Positions 46,219 to 59,156 of a stretch of DNA of 64,000 nt are shown piece after piece. Where the stretch lies: positions 1-64,000 of the forward strand of contig CATNEN010000032.1 in NCBI GenBank assembly GCA_950097015.1, in the 5' to 3' direction. Within the stretch, counting starts at the first letter, position 1. Every line of letters begins with the position of its first letter. Position numbers and translations under genes: made by a program. The notes beneath the pieces were generated by a model. It saw nothing but the letters and a program-made list of their open reading frames with translations. It was not told the DNA's origin and made no database searches. The DNA comes from Macrostomum hystrix. Lineage: Eukaryota; Animalia; Platyhelminthes.

Positions 46219-47827
46219 TTTCGTCTTGAAGTGAGCTGAAGCGGTATAAGTTTTCAGTTCCTAACAGACAATTGCATCCATGAAAGGATTTGTTAATTTA
46301 GCAAAGAATTCGGCGCGCAAATATTTATAGACAAAACTGCAGATTGTTTTTCTGTCGCCACTGTCCGTAATCAGGAAGCACCTGCAGGCGTATGGTTGTT
46401 TTGATCACACCAATGCTCGATGTGTGTATCCGGCGCTAATTTAGCATCACACAGCTACGTGATTGATTATTGGACGATGTTTTTAGCCTATCTTAAGCTT
46501 GTCTCTTAATATCCTTTTTAATCTGCAGCTTTTGTTTTCGCTACCACTTGATTATAATGATATCGTGCAGTGTTGACAGTTCAACTTTGAGTAGGCTGGT
46601 TGTCAAACTATGCTCACTGTAACTTGCTCCGCCCCGCAAGCAGTGTAGGCCCCAGAGCGGAAATTTGTATCGGTTCTCTTATCTTTCCATTCTGTATTGT
46701 CCAATAAAGTTTTCGTATTTTTTGCTCCGATAGTACTGAGCTAAAATACGACTTTTTTCGGTTCATACTACAGGGTAGTCTGATTAATAGTAAACATAGG
46801 AAATTATGTTACTATTTTTTGACTTGGTATTTTACCATTCTTCAAGTTTTAACCTATAATCAAATGGAGTACTAACAATAGTTTTAAATGTTTTTTATAC
46901 TTCATTCATGCTGATCAGTTCTTATAAATGTATTTAAAGGGGTTGAAAACATCAAAGCGACGCGAAGCACAACGAAGCACTTGTTTTGCTTTTTAAATAA
47001 CTTTCGGTTATTGTTCAGAAAAATTTTCTATTTCTTAGTTTTATCATTACAAACCACCATTTTGTCAAATGATCACGTAGACCGAGTTCTCAAAAAGAAC
47101 AGTTTATTGTAAAATATTCCATCAGATGCTCATATAGTTCACGATCGCATCTCAGCTGCACCGGCTTGCGCGCTGTTTTCTTCTTCACTAGCTGACGCGA
47201 ATCACTCGCAGTCCTGTCTCAGTCACTACCGTCTGTTTTATGGAAATCTCTATCGAGTTCCAGGCCTGCATTAGTATGCTCTTGGCCACATAGGCCAATC
47301 CATTGTCTGAAAATAGAAACAGGTAGAAACTTGTAAGGCTTCCTTAGTAACAATGCTATCATGTTTGCAGTGGCGTAGCCAGAGGGGTAAAAGGGGTCAT
47401 GACCCCCAGACGCCAGATTTTTTGGGCTGATTTCCTCTCTAAATGTCTTTCTAATCTTTAATTTTTAAGGGTTCATATTAATCAAGGGGAGAGTTTCGCG
47501 CACAATCCGAAAAATACGTCAGAGACAGTTTTTTAAGTGAACTAGACGTCAGGAAAACTATTACCAACTATCGTAGTGATGCTACTGTCAGAAACTCGAT
47601 GAGAATGATTAGTGGACTCCAACTAGCCGACGACAAACTGGCCAAAAATTCTCTTTGGAACCTGTAGAACCTGGACTTAAAAACGCCCCTAGACCTAGAA
47701 ATGTGACTTCAGTGTTGCGTGCATAGTTCAAGGCATTCTGACAATAGGCAGTCATCCCTTCCCTGATCATGCAATCCTATTCTTAGATCGTAGTTGACTT
47801 CCTAATATGCTGTTCTATCGATCGTTT

Positions 47828-50714
47828 TTATGATTGATTTGTGAAAAAAGCTGAACTGGTTGATTCCCTTAAATTTTCTACTCTGTCCATGTTCTCATGA
47901 ACCATTCTTACTAAGTTTGGATAAGGTGGTTGTTTTTTATGGCAAAGCGAAAAAAAGCAAAAAAACAGGTCCTTACTGCACTGCGTGGCCACCTGGGTGC
48001 TCAGTGTGTAATACACGGTCGCAATCATTGTCCCATCCAAGTCTTGGCTCGGATAGTTATCAGTGTCCCGGAAACTTTCGGCGTCAACAAACGGATTGAT
48101 GGCTTGGCTGGAGTTCGGACAGCACTGTGCAGCATTTGCCAGGCAGAAATTATTTACTCCCGCAGTCAGGGCCTGTTTTACCTGGTTTCGCAGCGTGCTT
48201 GTTGTCCACTACAATGGCAAATCTATGCATTCTATCATCTCTGCTGGGTCTAAAAGAAAATTAACTCTTCAACTGACATTCCGAATTACCTGGGTCACAG
48301 CCACTGGATAGTAACTCTGGTAAATTACTTGTCCTCCAAAGTAAATCGATATACTGTTCTCAATTTGTTGGATGTTAACTGCAATGGCAAAAACCTTATG
48401 TAAAGTTAATAGTGCTTTCTCTTAAGGATCGGCTTTTCACTGGAATTTTTTTTTCAATAGGAGTTTTCTACCGCGACTGCCATTGACAGTACATCTCGCA
48501 CATCTGGATAAGGTTTGATTTCTATCTGCTCGGATCTTCTCCGAGTAAACTCTTCGAAAGAAATGCAACTTTCTTCGAAAGAAAAAAAGTCCATTTTTCA
48601 TGCCCTTTCCCAGGTATAACAAACAGTTTCTAACACTAAGAACATTGCAACGTATTTTTACAGAATCTTCCCTATTATAACTTCTGTGCTCTGGAGTAGC
48701 TCGGAAACCCAAAAAGCGCCATCTTACCTTCGCATCTTTCGCCGCGAAAGTTATTTGGACAGACGCACTTACAGACGGTGTCAAACATTGTTGGAGTGCC
48801 GCCGTTCTTGCATGCTACAGCCTGGGCTAGACAGTCATTTGGCAGCGTACTCTGGTAGTATATGTTTTTGACTACAATTCATTCAGTTTAGTGGCTCATA
48901 AGTGACTAATGATGATTGCAGTGTATTCTACGATCTGCAAGTGCAAATCATTTTTAAGTCTCACTTTCGCATCGAACTCCATAGAATCCGGCTGGACAAA
49001 CACAGCTGCAGAAAGGCATCGTAGTTACGTTCCCGGTGTTCATGCAGATCAATTTGCAGTCTAAAATGTACAGCCAAAGTATCTTGTTGGTGTTTGTTGG
49101 TATCATTAATTGCGCTTCAAACAGAATGCAGTTGCTCACGACCGTGAAATTCTGCGTTAGACAACGTCAGTATTGATGCTTTTTAAAAGGTTCATTACTT
49201 AGGTTTTCGTTCCCTATGATTAATATAGCTCGTAAAATAATATTATAATGTTCATATTGTACTCCTGAACACACGCGCACCCGGATATAGTGTGCGATCA
49301 CACACGTGTTATAGTCAGTTCAGACTTTTTTGACAGGCAGTGTAAGCTCCCACTGTGCCTTGGAGGTTGGCCCTCGATGGCGCAGGTTGCACAACAAGCC
49401 ACCGCGGCTGCTCCCTAGCTGTGGTCATTGATTTGACATGACGAGCTACCTCTCAAAACTTTTGCAGCAGCACATATAGCGTCATGCCACACTCCGCACT
49501 CACCAAGGGGTCCCGGTATCGGTGCCGGATCGCCGGGGAGCATAGCATAGCAGAGGTCTTGCTGGCAGTAGGTTGCATAGCCATTTCCGCACTTGGTGCA
49601 TGGCTCTCCGGTTTGATAGGGCGGATTGGAGTATTGGCTAAGAAGGTTGTGTTATAAAGAAGCAATGTGTCAAGCCTTGTAATTAATTTAAATTATATTT
49701 GCACGACGGCTGTGGGCAATGGCCCATTGAGGAGGCAATTCAGCTCATTCTGCTGACTCCTGAGCACACACTTGGAGGTGTCTTGGAGGTTGGCCTTTGA
49801 TTGCGTAAATTGCACGATAAGCCCCCAAACGTTCTCTCGGCTGCTGCGCCCCAAATGTATCTGGCCTCACCGCGAAATCAAGCTCAGGGACCTTAGTGCG
49901 AGAGGTACTCGTAGACGCGCTTGACCGCTCTGCCACCCACCCCCTGTCAAGCGTCTTACTCTCATTCCGCAATCTCAAACAAGAAAGGCAGCAATTGAAG
50001 AAGTGCTTAACCGGTTATACTCGCAGGCTGCCAGGTAGACATCGTTGCACAGCTGCACTGCGCATCCTATCCTACTAACACTGGCGGAGGCTATCTGCAA
50101 ATAGTGGCCGCAAGTTGTGAAGAACGGATACTTGACGGCCGTGCACTGTCTAGAAGTGTAGTTGTAGTTCTCTCGCTCTAGCACCATGAACATTAGAATG
50201 TGGCTGAAGTTCCGGCTTCCACCTCGGTAGAGCGTCTCCCCTAGAGAAGCATATTCGCCATCGTAATTGTGCTCAAAAACACACCGGTTGGCGGCTCGTT
50301 GAGCCAGGTTCTCCAGGTTGGAGTCCCACAGCTGCAGTTTGACAGTTGACAAAACTTTCTGCTTCCGATTGAAGTTTCTATTTTCTTAATATTCTTATTC
50401 TTGTTTTTTCAAGAACTCTTATTCTTGTTTCTCATCGCTTACATTTTTTTCATAATTTCATGAAATCGCATTATCTAATTTTATGCTAGCATGGTTTGGT
50501 TTGTGACTAAATTTAGCAACCATTGCACAATGAACCCCACGTCACTCACCAAGCCGTTCATATCAGCCGCTTTGGGTACCATGTTTCGTCTCAAATAGTT
50601 AACGAATTGCAGAGTGCTAGCTTTCTCTTGTGCTGTTAGCATCTGGGACTCGCAGCGTTGAGCTAACGCGAATAGGAAACTAATTGTGATGCAACGAACG
50701 AAGATTTCGGGCAT
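47828..50714 (-). CDS. Secreted CAP-EGF-EGF protein, paralogue 2
   Basis: Exon 1 50714-50550, exon 2 50331-50012 (LWDSNLENLAQ, FEHN, GETLY, CGHYLQI), PPYQTGEPCTKC exon (about 49640-49510), EGF exons (about 49070-48960 and 48875-48728) and exons homologous to paralogue 1 down to about 47980. The last exon is uncertain. Confidence 0.82.
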
Positions 50715-51146
50715 CTTTGTAAACTTCTGCGCCTTTAAGTGTGAAAGATTGGACAGAGCCCTAGAATTTCCAAATTGACTATAGCGCTGAGCGCTGTTGC
50801 GTGTTTATATTCTACATTCATTATTCCAAGTACCGATACACTGATAGATTTTCTACAATATATCTTACTTAACGTCTGGTATACCCGAAGCATGTTTCTC
50901 TTGTCGAGTATTTTTTACTTACTCGCTAGGCGCCTCTACTAATGTGTTTTGACTCTTTTGGAGGCACCTGCTTCGCCCTCAAACTGGGCTAGGATAGGCA
51001 CGTTCTGAGTATTAGCGAATAGAATGATTTTTTGTTCGAATGTGCCTGCGTTTGAAAGAGCTGCTCATGCAGAGGTTTTTACTAGGCTCACACCAGACTG
51101 AACTTTTGGTTTCTTTGAAAGAAGTTCGCGGTGAATTTCATCTGTA

Positions 51147-51760
51147 TTAACAGAAGAAGACCACAGGTTGTATTTCAAATACCACATGTTTCTTTTTTCT
51201 GTATCTCCTAAAATATTCAATCAATCGCCGAAAAAACTTTTCCGCTCTATCCGATAAAACAGCTTCCAAAAGAACAGTCTGGTCTAGTCCGTCTAGATAA
51301 AGGTAGGTGACCACCAAAGACGGAGATGATGCAGGCACATTCGGTTGACATGCTGATAAAGTTTGAAGGTCTGGAAAGGCCGCACTGAGGCGCAGTGCAA
51401 ATTCGTGTATAGGGGTGTATGAAATACACTAGCTCTTATGGGAAAAATCGGACCTTCGGCCAGAAACATTGAATATCTCGACGGTCTGAAGAGCTGGCGA
51501 CTTTTTTCTTGTTTCAGAAGATGCGCAACAAAAAGTTGGCCCGTGTTCTTTAGTTTCGTGTGCTTGCATTGTTCCGTTCGGGTGCAGCAAATAATTGTCA
51601 GGGTTCCCCCCTTGGTAGTTCTACTGTTAAATTGTTCATTCTTTCATTTTTCAATCAATATGGATTCGCCGTAGAGCAATGTTAGTTGTCCTTGTCACCA
51701 TGGTCTCCGACTAGAATCGCTGAATATCTCGACGATGCTGACGAAGCTGAAAGTTTGTTC
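51147..51760 (-). other. Possible short coding or degenerate gene divergent from MEIOB (weak SWSAP1-like resemblance)
   Basis: Fragments YSAILVGDHG..., TGQLFVAHLL... and SPSLVVTYLYLDGLDQ...AVLSDRAEKFFRRL; I could not build a clean in-frame exon chain. Confidence 0.2.
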
Positions 51761-52284
51761 ATCGTAAAAAGCGGAAAATTTTGATTCAGATGGTGGACTT
51801 TCACGAAAATCGGTCTTCGGTTTGGGAGCTGTCGTGAAGTAGGCAGTGGGTATCTACAAGTTAGTAAAATACCCCCGTGCTCTTTCAACGTGGTCTTTCT
51901 ATTTTTAAAGAAACTTTCTTTTATTTATCCACTCGTAATTCCTTTAACAAAGGACAGAATGTCTGTAAACGGTGAAATTATTATTTCATTCTAATCTACT
52001 CTTAATGGATAGAATAGAAATTGGACCTAACCAAGTTGGGACCGGATGTTCAACCAGTGACAGCCGCAGCGGAGGACGCCCTACCAACCCGAAATACTAT
52101 CTTAGCTGGTAGCAAATCTGTAGCACTTAGGGAATTAAGTGTCGAGCTCAAGGACACAAATTGTCTCCATTGGGCTGAGATTCGAACTCCTGATCGAGCA
52201 TGTAGCACTAAAAGCTTTCAGCCAGCGTTTATCTGGTATGGATTCCCATCTCCGACCCTCATTAATCCTGTTTCAGCCGAAACA

Positions 52285-55200
52285 ATGTCCAGCTTTCTTC
52301 GCCTGCCCGTGGACTGTCCCCACAGGCGCTTGGACTCCCTGACCATCGGCACCAGCCGGTTCACAGTCCGCGGCCTAGTCATCGCCAAGGAGGCGCCGCG
52401 CCTCGTCAACACCCGTCAAGGCCGACAGTCCAGCGTCCTGACTCTGACACTGCGGGACGGGCCGGCGGCCTACTGCCAGGTTTCCGTCTGGGGCGAGGAA
52501 GTTTACGTAAGAACGGTGAGCCGCGACTCCGCACAGCTCGGCTCGGTGATTGACGTTGTCAACGCGATTGTGCGTCCCCAGCAGCAGGCCCCCTTTGTTG
52601 TCGGCGGTGGCCTTCCAATTAGCCTCAGCGTAAGCGAAGGTCGCGGAGTTGTCGCCCGCTGTTGCCTGACTGTTCCCAGCGAGGTGGCAATGTTTGATAG
52701 GCTGCGGCGGCAGATGCTTCGCCCGGCTGCTGAGCACGTCACATTGGGTCAGGTGCGTATCGCCTTCGAGATTTCGGTTATTTAATCACTGTAATAGCTT
52801 TCCGTGCCTATAGAAAAGGTAGCCCAGTGGTTAGAGCGTCGGACTCACGACTTGAAGATCGGGGGTTCGATTCTCGACTCCACCTGAAGCAATTTATGTC
52901 CTTTAGCAAGACACTTAACTCTGCATTGCTTCAGTTCACTCAGCTGGGTACCAGTATTAGCTGGGGTAATTGAGGGTGGGTGTGGCGCCCCCCCAGTCCA
53001 TGGACTGAACAGCCGTACGCAGTCTTCAAACGCAGGCTGCACATCTGTCCCATTTGGGGCTGGCGTAATCAGTTATTTATTATTGCGCCTATAGGTTTTC
53101 ATGCCTATTGGTTTCCATGTCTAAAGGTTTCCATACTTAAAGGTATCCGCGCCTTTGTTGTTTCAATGCCTAAATGGTTTCCATTCCTGCGAATTTTCCG
53201 TGCCTGCATGCCTGTCTATGGGTTTCATAGCAATGTGGGTTTTGTATCTGTTTGGGTTCCATATCTGTTTGGGTTCCATATCTGTGTGGGTTCCATATCT
53301 GTGTAGGTTCCATATCTGTTTGGGTTCCATATCTGTGTGGGTTCCATGTCTGTGTGGGTTCCATATCTGTTTGGGTTCCATATCTGTGTGGGTTCCATGT
53401 CTGTGTGGGTTCCATGTCTGTGTGGGTTCCATATCTGTTTGGGTTCCATGTCTGTGTGGATTCCATGTCTGTGTGGGTTCCATATCTGTTTGGCTTTTAT
53501 ATCTATGTGGGTTCCTTGCTTCTGTGGGCTTCGTGCTCCTTTGTTTCCTGCCTCTTGAACCAGAACGCTCGTTATCCTCGATCATCGCCTTGCAGGCTCT
53601 CCGCTGCGCCACAGAGCAGCCGCAGTACGCATGCTTGCTGGCGCTGGTCCGCAGGGTCGATCCGCCGCGTCAGCTGACTACAAAGGAGGGCCGCCTCACC
53701 CACAGAGCCGAGCTGCTGCTTTGCGACGCCACCTGCCGGTCGTTCCCGCTGGCCTTTTGGGGACTCGAGGATTGCGATGCCATCGCCGGAATGCGGCCCG
53801 GTCAAGCTGTCAGCGTTGTCGACTGCCGCATCGCCGCCAGCCGGTTCCGCCGCGGAGCCGGCGAGGCTACGGCCGACCGACGCACCGTGCTGATTGCCGA
53901 CCCGCTCTGCTCCGAGGCCGCCACCCTGCTGGCTCAGGCGGCCGACCTGCTGGCTGGCGACGACAACGATGCCGGCGTTGCTAATGACAACAGTAAGTAC
54001 TCCAGCGGCAACGAGGAAGAGGACTCTGACGATCAAACGGCCGCCGAGCATCAGCAGGCTCCGCAGCAGCAGCGTCCCTGGCAGGCAGCCAATCAGCAGC
54101 AGGCTCCGCCGTTGCACACCATCCATAGCGTCCTGACGGCCTCCCAGCTGACCAACTCTCCACCAGCCGGTGTCGAATTCGCCATTGTGTTCGGCTGCCT
54201 CACTGAGCTGGACATTGTTAGCCGGGTGCCACCTGTCATCCTGCACTGCTCGGTCTGCTCTGGTCACTATAGGTAGCTGCCATGGCTTTACTACCCTTCA
54301 GTTTAAAATCTGGGTGGATATTGTGGGTCCGTCTGTGGGTTTTTTGGCTCGATATGATGATGTTTTGGCATATTGTTATTTAATACGAATGTCTTTGATG
54401 CTACTGTTAGCCGGATCTGTGAATTTGAGGATTTTTCATCAACCTTTGTGGATATTGTCGATCAATCTGAGGATCTATTAGGAAAATCTTTGATCAATTT
54501 GGGATCTGTGGGGACATTGCTGATCAATCTGGGGATCTGTGAAGATATTGTTGATCAGTCTAAGGATCTATGGGGATATTGTTGATCGATGAGGATCTAT
54601 GGGGATATTGTTGATCGATGAGGATCTTTGGGGATATTTTTGATCAGTCTGAGGATCTATGGGTATTTTGTCGATCGATGAGGATCTATGGGGAAATTGT
54701 TTGTTGATCGATGAGGATCTATTGGATATTGTTGATCGATGAGGATCTTTGGGGATATTGTTGATCAATCTGAGGATCTCTGGGGATATTGTTGATTAAT
54801 CTGCGGATCTGTAGGGATATTGTTGATCTAATAAGGGATCTGGGGGGTTTCTTGTCAATCTGGGGACCTATGGGGATAATCTGGGACATCTGGCTCGTTG
54901 TTTCAATCGCTACAGCATATCCCATTGGAATGAAACACATCGTAGGCTGCCTCAAGACGATGCGGAGCCGGCCTTGCTGGGCCACGGAGACGGCTCGCCG
55001 GCGGGCTGTCTGAATGCCGACTGCGCTGGAGCCACGCTGCAGCCAACGGAAGTTCCAAGCGCAGTGCTCGAGGCTGCCGATCACAGCGGCACTGTGAGAA
55101 TGCGGGCTCAGGGCCAGGTAATTGGCGCGCCACCTATTGCTGCTCCATTTGTACTTCTCTAGTATGATACTCGTATGAGTGTAGCCACTAAACTAAACTC

Positions 55201-55721
55201 CAAAGCTATAGATTTATCAGTAGAAAGACCACATATAAGTGCGGCGCATCTCCCACAAATATTCAGCCAATCCCCATGAACATGCAGAACACGGGCAAAA
55301 CTTTCCGATAACAAACGATAAAAACAACTTCCAGAATCACAAAACAACGGCATCGTCGTGATATTCAACGATTCTCGTCGGGTGTCTGGTTGCAAAAACC
55401 ACTCATAGTTTTTCACTAGCACTGTTATAAAATATTAAATTTTGCTACTTTAAGTAGTACCTATTTAGGTGAGTCGCCCTCATGCAGCCGACTTCCCCCG
55501 TTCTTCAGGTGCTGCTAGACCTGTGCGGCATAGCCACGGTGCAGCAGTTGTGCAGCTGCAGTCGGCCGCAGTTGTCGCGCATTCGGTCCGGCCTGCTATT
55601 CTCCAGGCGAAAGTTCTACCTGCGCATTGTCCGGGCCACGCATCTGCAGCCGAGGCCAATCATGCAGCTGCTGGCCTGCCTGACAGCTGAGACCGCTGAG
55701 CTGGCCCAGTGCATGCGCTGA
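52285..55721 (+). CDS. MEIOB: Meiosis-specific OB-fold protein MEIOB orthologue, 4 exons, about 509 aa
   Basis: Exons 52285-52752, 53596-54272, 54946-55117, 55509-55721, all GT-AG and in frame. Motifs VRGLVIAK...TLTLRDGPAAYCQVSVWGEEVYV, LLALVRRVDPPRQLTTKEGRLTHRAELLLCDAT...FWG, HCSVC...CLNADC, ADHSGTV and LLFSRRKFYL parallel the MEIOB OB1-OB2-OB3(Zn) layout. Confidence 0.88.
52817..53085 (+). mobile_element. tRNA-derived CORE-type SINE in MEIOB intron 1
   Basis: Pol III A box TAGCCCAGTGG (about 52820) and B box GGTTCGATTC (about 52864), then GTCCTTTAGCAAGACACTTAACTCTGCATTGCTTCAGTTCACTCAGCTG resembling the CORE domain, and a TTATTTATTATT tail. Confidence 0.75.
53225..53520. repeat. 17-bp minisatellite (TTCCATATCTGTGTGGG)n in MEIOB intron 1
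   Basis: Directly visible; gives the 17-aa periodic pseudo-ORFs. Confidence 0.92.
54400..54890. repeat. 29-31-bp minisatellite (GGGATATTGTTGATCGATGAGGATCTATG)n in MEIOB intron 2
   Basis: Directly visible, degenerate. Confidence 0.88.
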
Positions 55722-55931
55722 GAGTCACTGGCGCAACAGTTCTAATATATAATATCTTAATAGATATTTCTAATATTGTTTTGTTTCTCGCTTTTTTCGT
55801 CGCTTTTACTTTGCTTGGCTGCCTAATTTTTACAAATGCATCCTCAGCTTTGCTCTTTTGAGCTCCCTTTTTATACTATTCGGCTAAAAGTACCTTACCA
55901 AGTGGCACTTTTATACTTTCCTTGTTTACTT

Positions 55932-56916
55932 AGGACTGCAGATCCTGAACTCCCAGATCTTCAGGTAGGACTGCAGTATCCTGAACTCCCAGATCTTCAG
56001 GTAGGACTGAAGTGCCCTGAACTCCCAGATCTTCAGGTAGGACTGCAGTGCCCTGAACTACCCAGATCTTCAGGTAGGACTGAAGTGCCCTGAACTCCCA
56101 GATCTTCAGGTAGGACTGCAGTGCCCTGAACACCCAGATCTTCAGGTAGGACTGCAGTGCCCTGAACACCCAGATCTTCAGGTAGGACTGCAGTGCCCTG
56201 AACACCCAGATCTTCAGGTAGGACTGCAGTGCCCTGAACATCCAGATCTTCAGTTAAGGCTGCAGTATCCTGAACTCCCAGATCTTCAGTTAAGGCTGCA
56301 GTATCTTGAACTCCCAGATCTTCAGTTAAGGCTGCAGTATCTTGAACTCCCAGATCTTCAGTTAAGGCTGCAGATCCTGAACTCCCAGATCTTCAGTTAA
56401 GGCTGCAGTATCTTGAACTCCCAGATCTTCAGTTAAGGCTGCAGTATCTTGAACTCCCAGATCTTCAGTTAAGGCTGCAGTATCCTGAACTCCCAGATCT
56501 TCAGTTAAGGCTGCAGTATCCTGAACTCCCAGATCTTCAGTTAAGGCTGCAGTATCCTTGAACTCCCAGATCTTCAGTTAAGGCTGCAGTATCCTGAACT
56601 CCCAGATCTTCAGTTAAGGCTGCAGTATCCTGAACTCCCAGATCTTCAGTTAAGGCTGCAGTATCCTGAACTCCCAGATCTTCAGTTAAGGCTGCAGTAT
56701 CCTGAACTCCCAGATCTTCAGTTAAGGCTGCAGTATCTTGAACTCCCAGATCTTCAGTTAAGGCTGCAGTATCCTGAACTCCCAGATCTTCAGTTAAGGC
56801 TGCAGTATCCTGAACTCCCAGATCTTCAGTTAAGGCTGCAGTATCCTGAACTCCCAGATCTTCAGTTAAGGCTGCAGTATCTTGAACTCCCAGATCTTCA
56901 GTTAAGGCTGCAGTAT
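55932..56916. repeat. 36-bp minisatellite (CTGAACTCCCAGATCTTCAGTTAAGGCTGCAGTATC)n
   Basis: Directly visible; two subtypes (GTAGGACT in the left part, TTAAGGCT in the right part). Confidence 0.96.
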
Positions 56917-57311
56917 TACTCCCAAATATCCAAGTATTTTAAAGTTATAAATTGAAAAAAGTAAGTCCTGTGTTTTTTACTTTTACTTTTAAGTTGGCAA
57001 CAAAGCCAGCAATTGGTTTCTTTTGTATTTTTTGTTTTTGTTTCCGGTCGCATTTTAGCTGGCCGCCTGCCTTCCTTGTACTTTTGCAAGCCGACTTTTT
57101 ACCGGCAGTTTTTCGTTTTGTTACTCCTCAGTAGAGTTTTTCTACTAAAACCTTTTTTCAATAAATAAACAATTTTGAAAGTAAAAAAGTTCTTATAAAT
57201 AAAGGTATTTTGCATGCGGACTAAATTGTCCGCGTGCAATTTTGCTAATTAGTAAGTATAATGCCATGTTCAATAATATAATCTTTTCGGAAGTAAAGAC
57301 TAACTTGAGTT

Positions 57312-58560
57312 AATCTGAGGATCTGGAAAGAGAAAGATCCCAATCTGTGGATCTGGAAGGATGAAGATCCCAATCTGAGGATCTGGAAGGATGAAGATCC
57401 TAATCTGAGGATCTGAAAGGATGAAGATCCCAATCTGAGGATCTGGAAGGATGAAGATCCCAATCTGAGGATCTGGAAGGATGATGATCCCAATCTGAGG
57501 ATCTGGAAGGATGAAGATCCCAATCTGAGAATCTGGAAGTATGATGATCGCAATCTGGGGATCTGGAAGGATGATGATCCCAATCTGAGGATCCGCAAGG
57601 ATGAGGATGCCAATCTGAGGGTCTGGAAGGATGAAGATCCCAATCTGAGGATCTAGAAGGATGATGATCCCAATCTGAGGATCTGGAAGTATGATGATCG
57701 CAATCTGGGGATCTGGAAGGATGATGATCCCAATCTGAGGATCCGCAAGGATGAGGATGCCAATCTGAGGGTCTGGAAGGATGAAGATCCCAATCTGAGG
57801 ATCTAGAAGGATGAAGATCCCAATCTGAGAATCTGGAAGTATGATGATCGCAATCTGGGGATCTGGAAGGATGAAGATCCCAATCTGAGGATCTGGAAGG
57901 ATGAAGATCCCAATCTGAGGATCTGGAAGGATGAAGATCCCAATCTGAGAATCTGGAAGTATGATGATCGCAATCTGGGGATCTGGAAGGATGATGATCC
58001 CAATCTGAGGATCCGCAAGGATGAGGATGCCAATCTGAGGGTCTGGAAGGATGAATATCCCAATCTGAGGATCTAGAAGGATGAAGATCCCAATCTGAGA
58101 ATCTGGAAGTATGATGATCGCAATCTGGGGATCTGGAAGGATGATGATCCCAATCTGAGGATCCGAAAGGATGAGGATGCTAATCTGAGGATCTGGAAGG
58201 ATGAAGATCCCAAACTGAGGATCTGAAAAGATGAAGATCCCAATCTGAGGATCTGGAAGGATGAAGATCCTAATCTGAGGATCTGGAAGGATGATGATCC
58301 CAATCTGAGGATCGGAAGGATGAAGATCGCAAGTCTGAGGATCTGGAAGGATGATGATCCCAATCTGAGGATCCACAAGGATGAGGATGCCAATCTGAAG
58401 ATCTGGAAGGATGATGATCGCAATCTGGGGATCTGGTAGGATGATGATCCCAATCTGAGGATCCGCAAGGATGAGGATGCCAATCTGAGGATCTGGAAGC
58501 ATTAAGATCCTAATCTGAGGATCTGAAAGGATGAAGATTCAAATGTGGGGATCTGGAAGA
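57312..58560. repeat. 30-bp minisatellite (GATCCCAATCTGAGGATCTGGAAGGATGAA)n
   Basis: Directly visible, with recurring variant blocks. Confidence 0.96.
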
Positions 58561-59156
58561 TTAGTGTCCTTGACTCCTTTTGTGATTTCGGTAGGGACTT
58601 TTTTGTGAGCCCCTAAAAGTTCAGTCATTTCGTCGATTTAAACCAGAAGGAGAGCCTAGACGGGTCGGTGAAATTTCGGAACAATATCGCTTCCTGCTCC
58701 CCACCCAATGCGCAAGTTGGTGCAAAATCTGAGACAGACGGATGAAGAACAATTAAACTTTCCTTTCTTCTTTTTTTACACCTTTTAAGCCAGTGACGTC
58801 AACCCCCTATCCCCATTTTGTCTAATCTCCTCCTACCTGGTCGGTAACGTGGCTCTTAATTAGCTATGCAACACTCAAAGTGAGTGCCCACCTGTGAAAC
58901 CAGCACCCACCTGTCACAATTAATCCTTGTTGCGCTATCCCAGATCCTCAGTCCTCCTGACCCGAGGATCCTTCCCGTTTTTTCTCTCCACAATGCAAGA
59001 AAATATAATGGACTTCTTTCGTGGGAAAATGAGTGAAGGTGAGAAAAGTCTTTCTTTATTTCCTTAAAATTTAAGCACCCACAGCTTCTCTGTCCTGAGT
59101 CCCACTTGACGCTTGTGCAGTTTTTCTTTTGTGTACCAGACTCCATATTATAATTC

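Noticed and set aside
47368-47420. CAGTGGCGTAGCCAGAGGGG, resembling a DNA-transposon/MITE terminal repeat
   Set aside because: I found no inverted partner or TSD in the window.
52021-52284. N-terminal extension of MEIOB in track ORF 52021..52785
   Set aside because: Non-ATG start; MEIOB similarity begins just after ATG 52285, although an upstream exon cannot be excluded (TTTCAG at 52271-52276).
52817-52890. tRNA gene
   Set aside because: The acceptor stem does not close and the sequence continues into a CORE-like domain and tail, so it is a SINE head.
53155-54276. 373-aa ORF with an apparently Cys-rich hydrophobic N-terminus
   Set aside because: Read-through of the intronic 17-bp repeat into MEIOB exon 2; the real exon starts at the acceptor at 53596.
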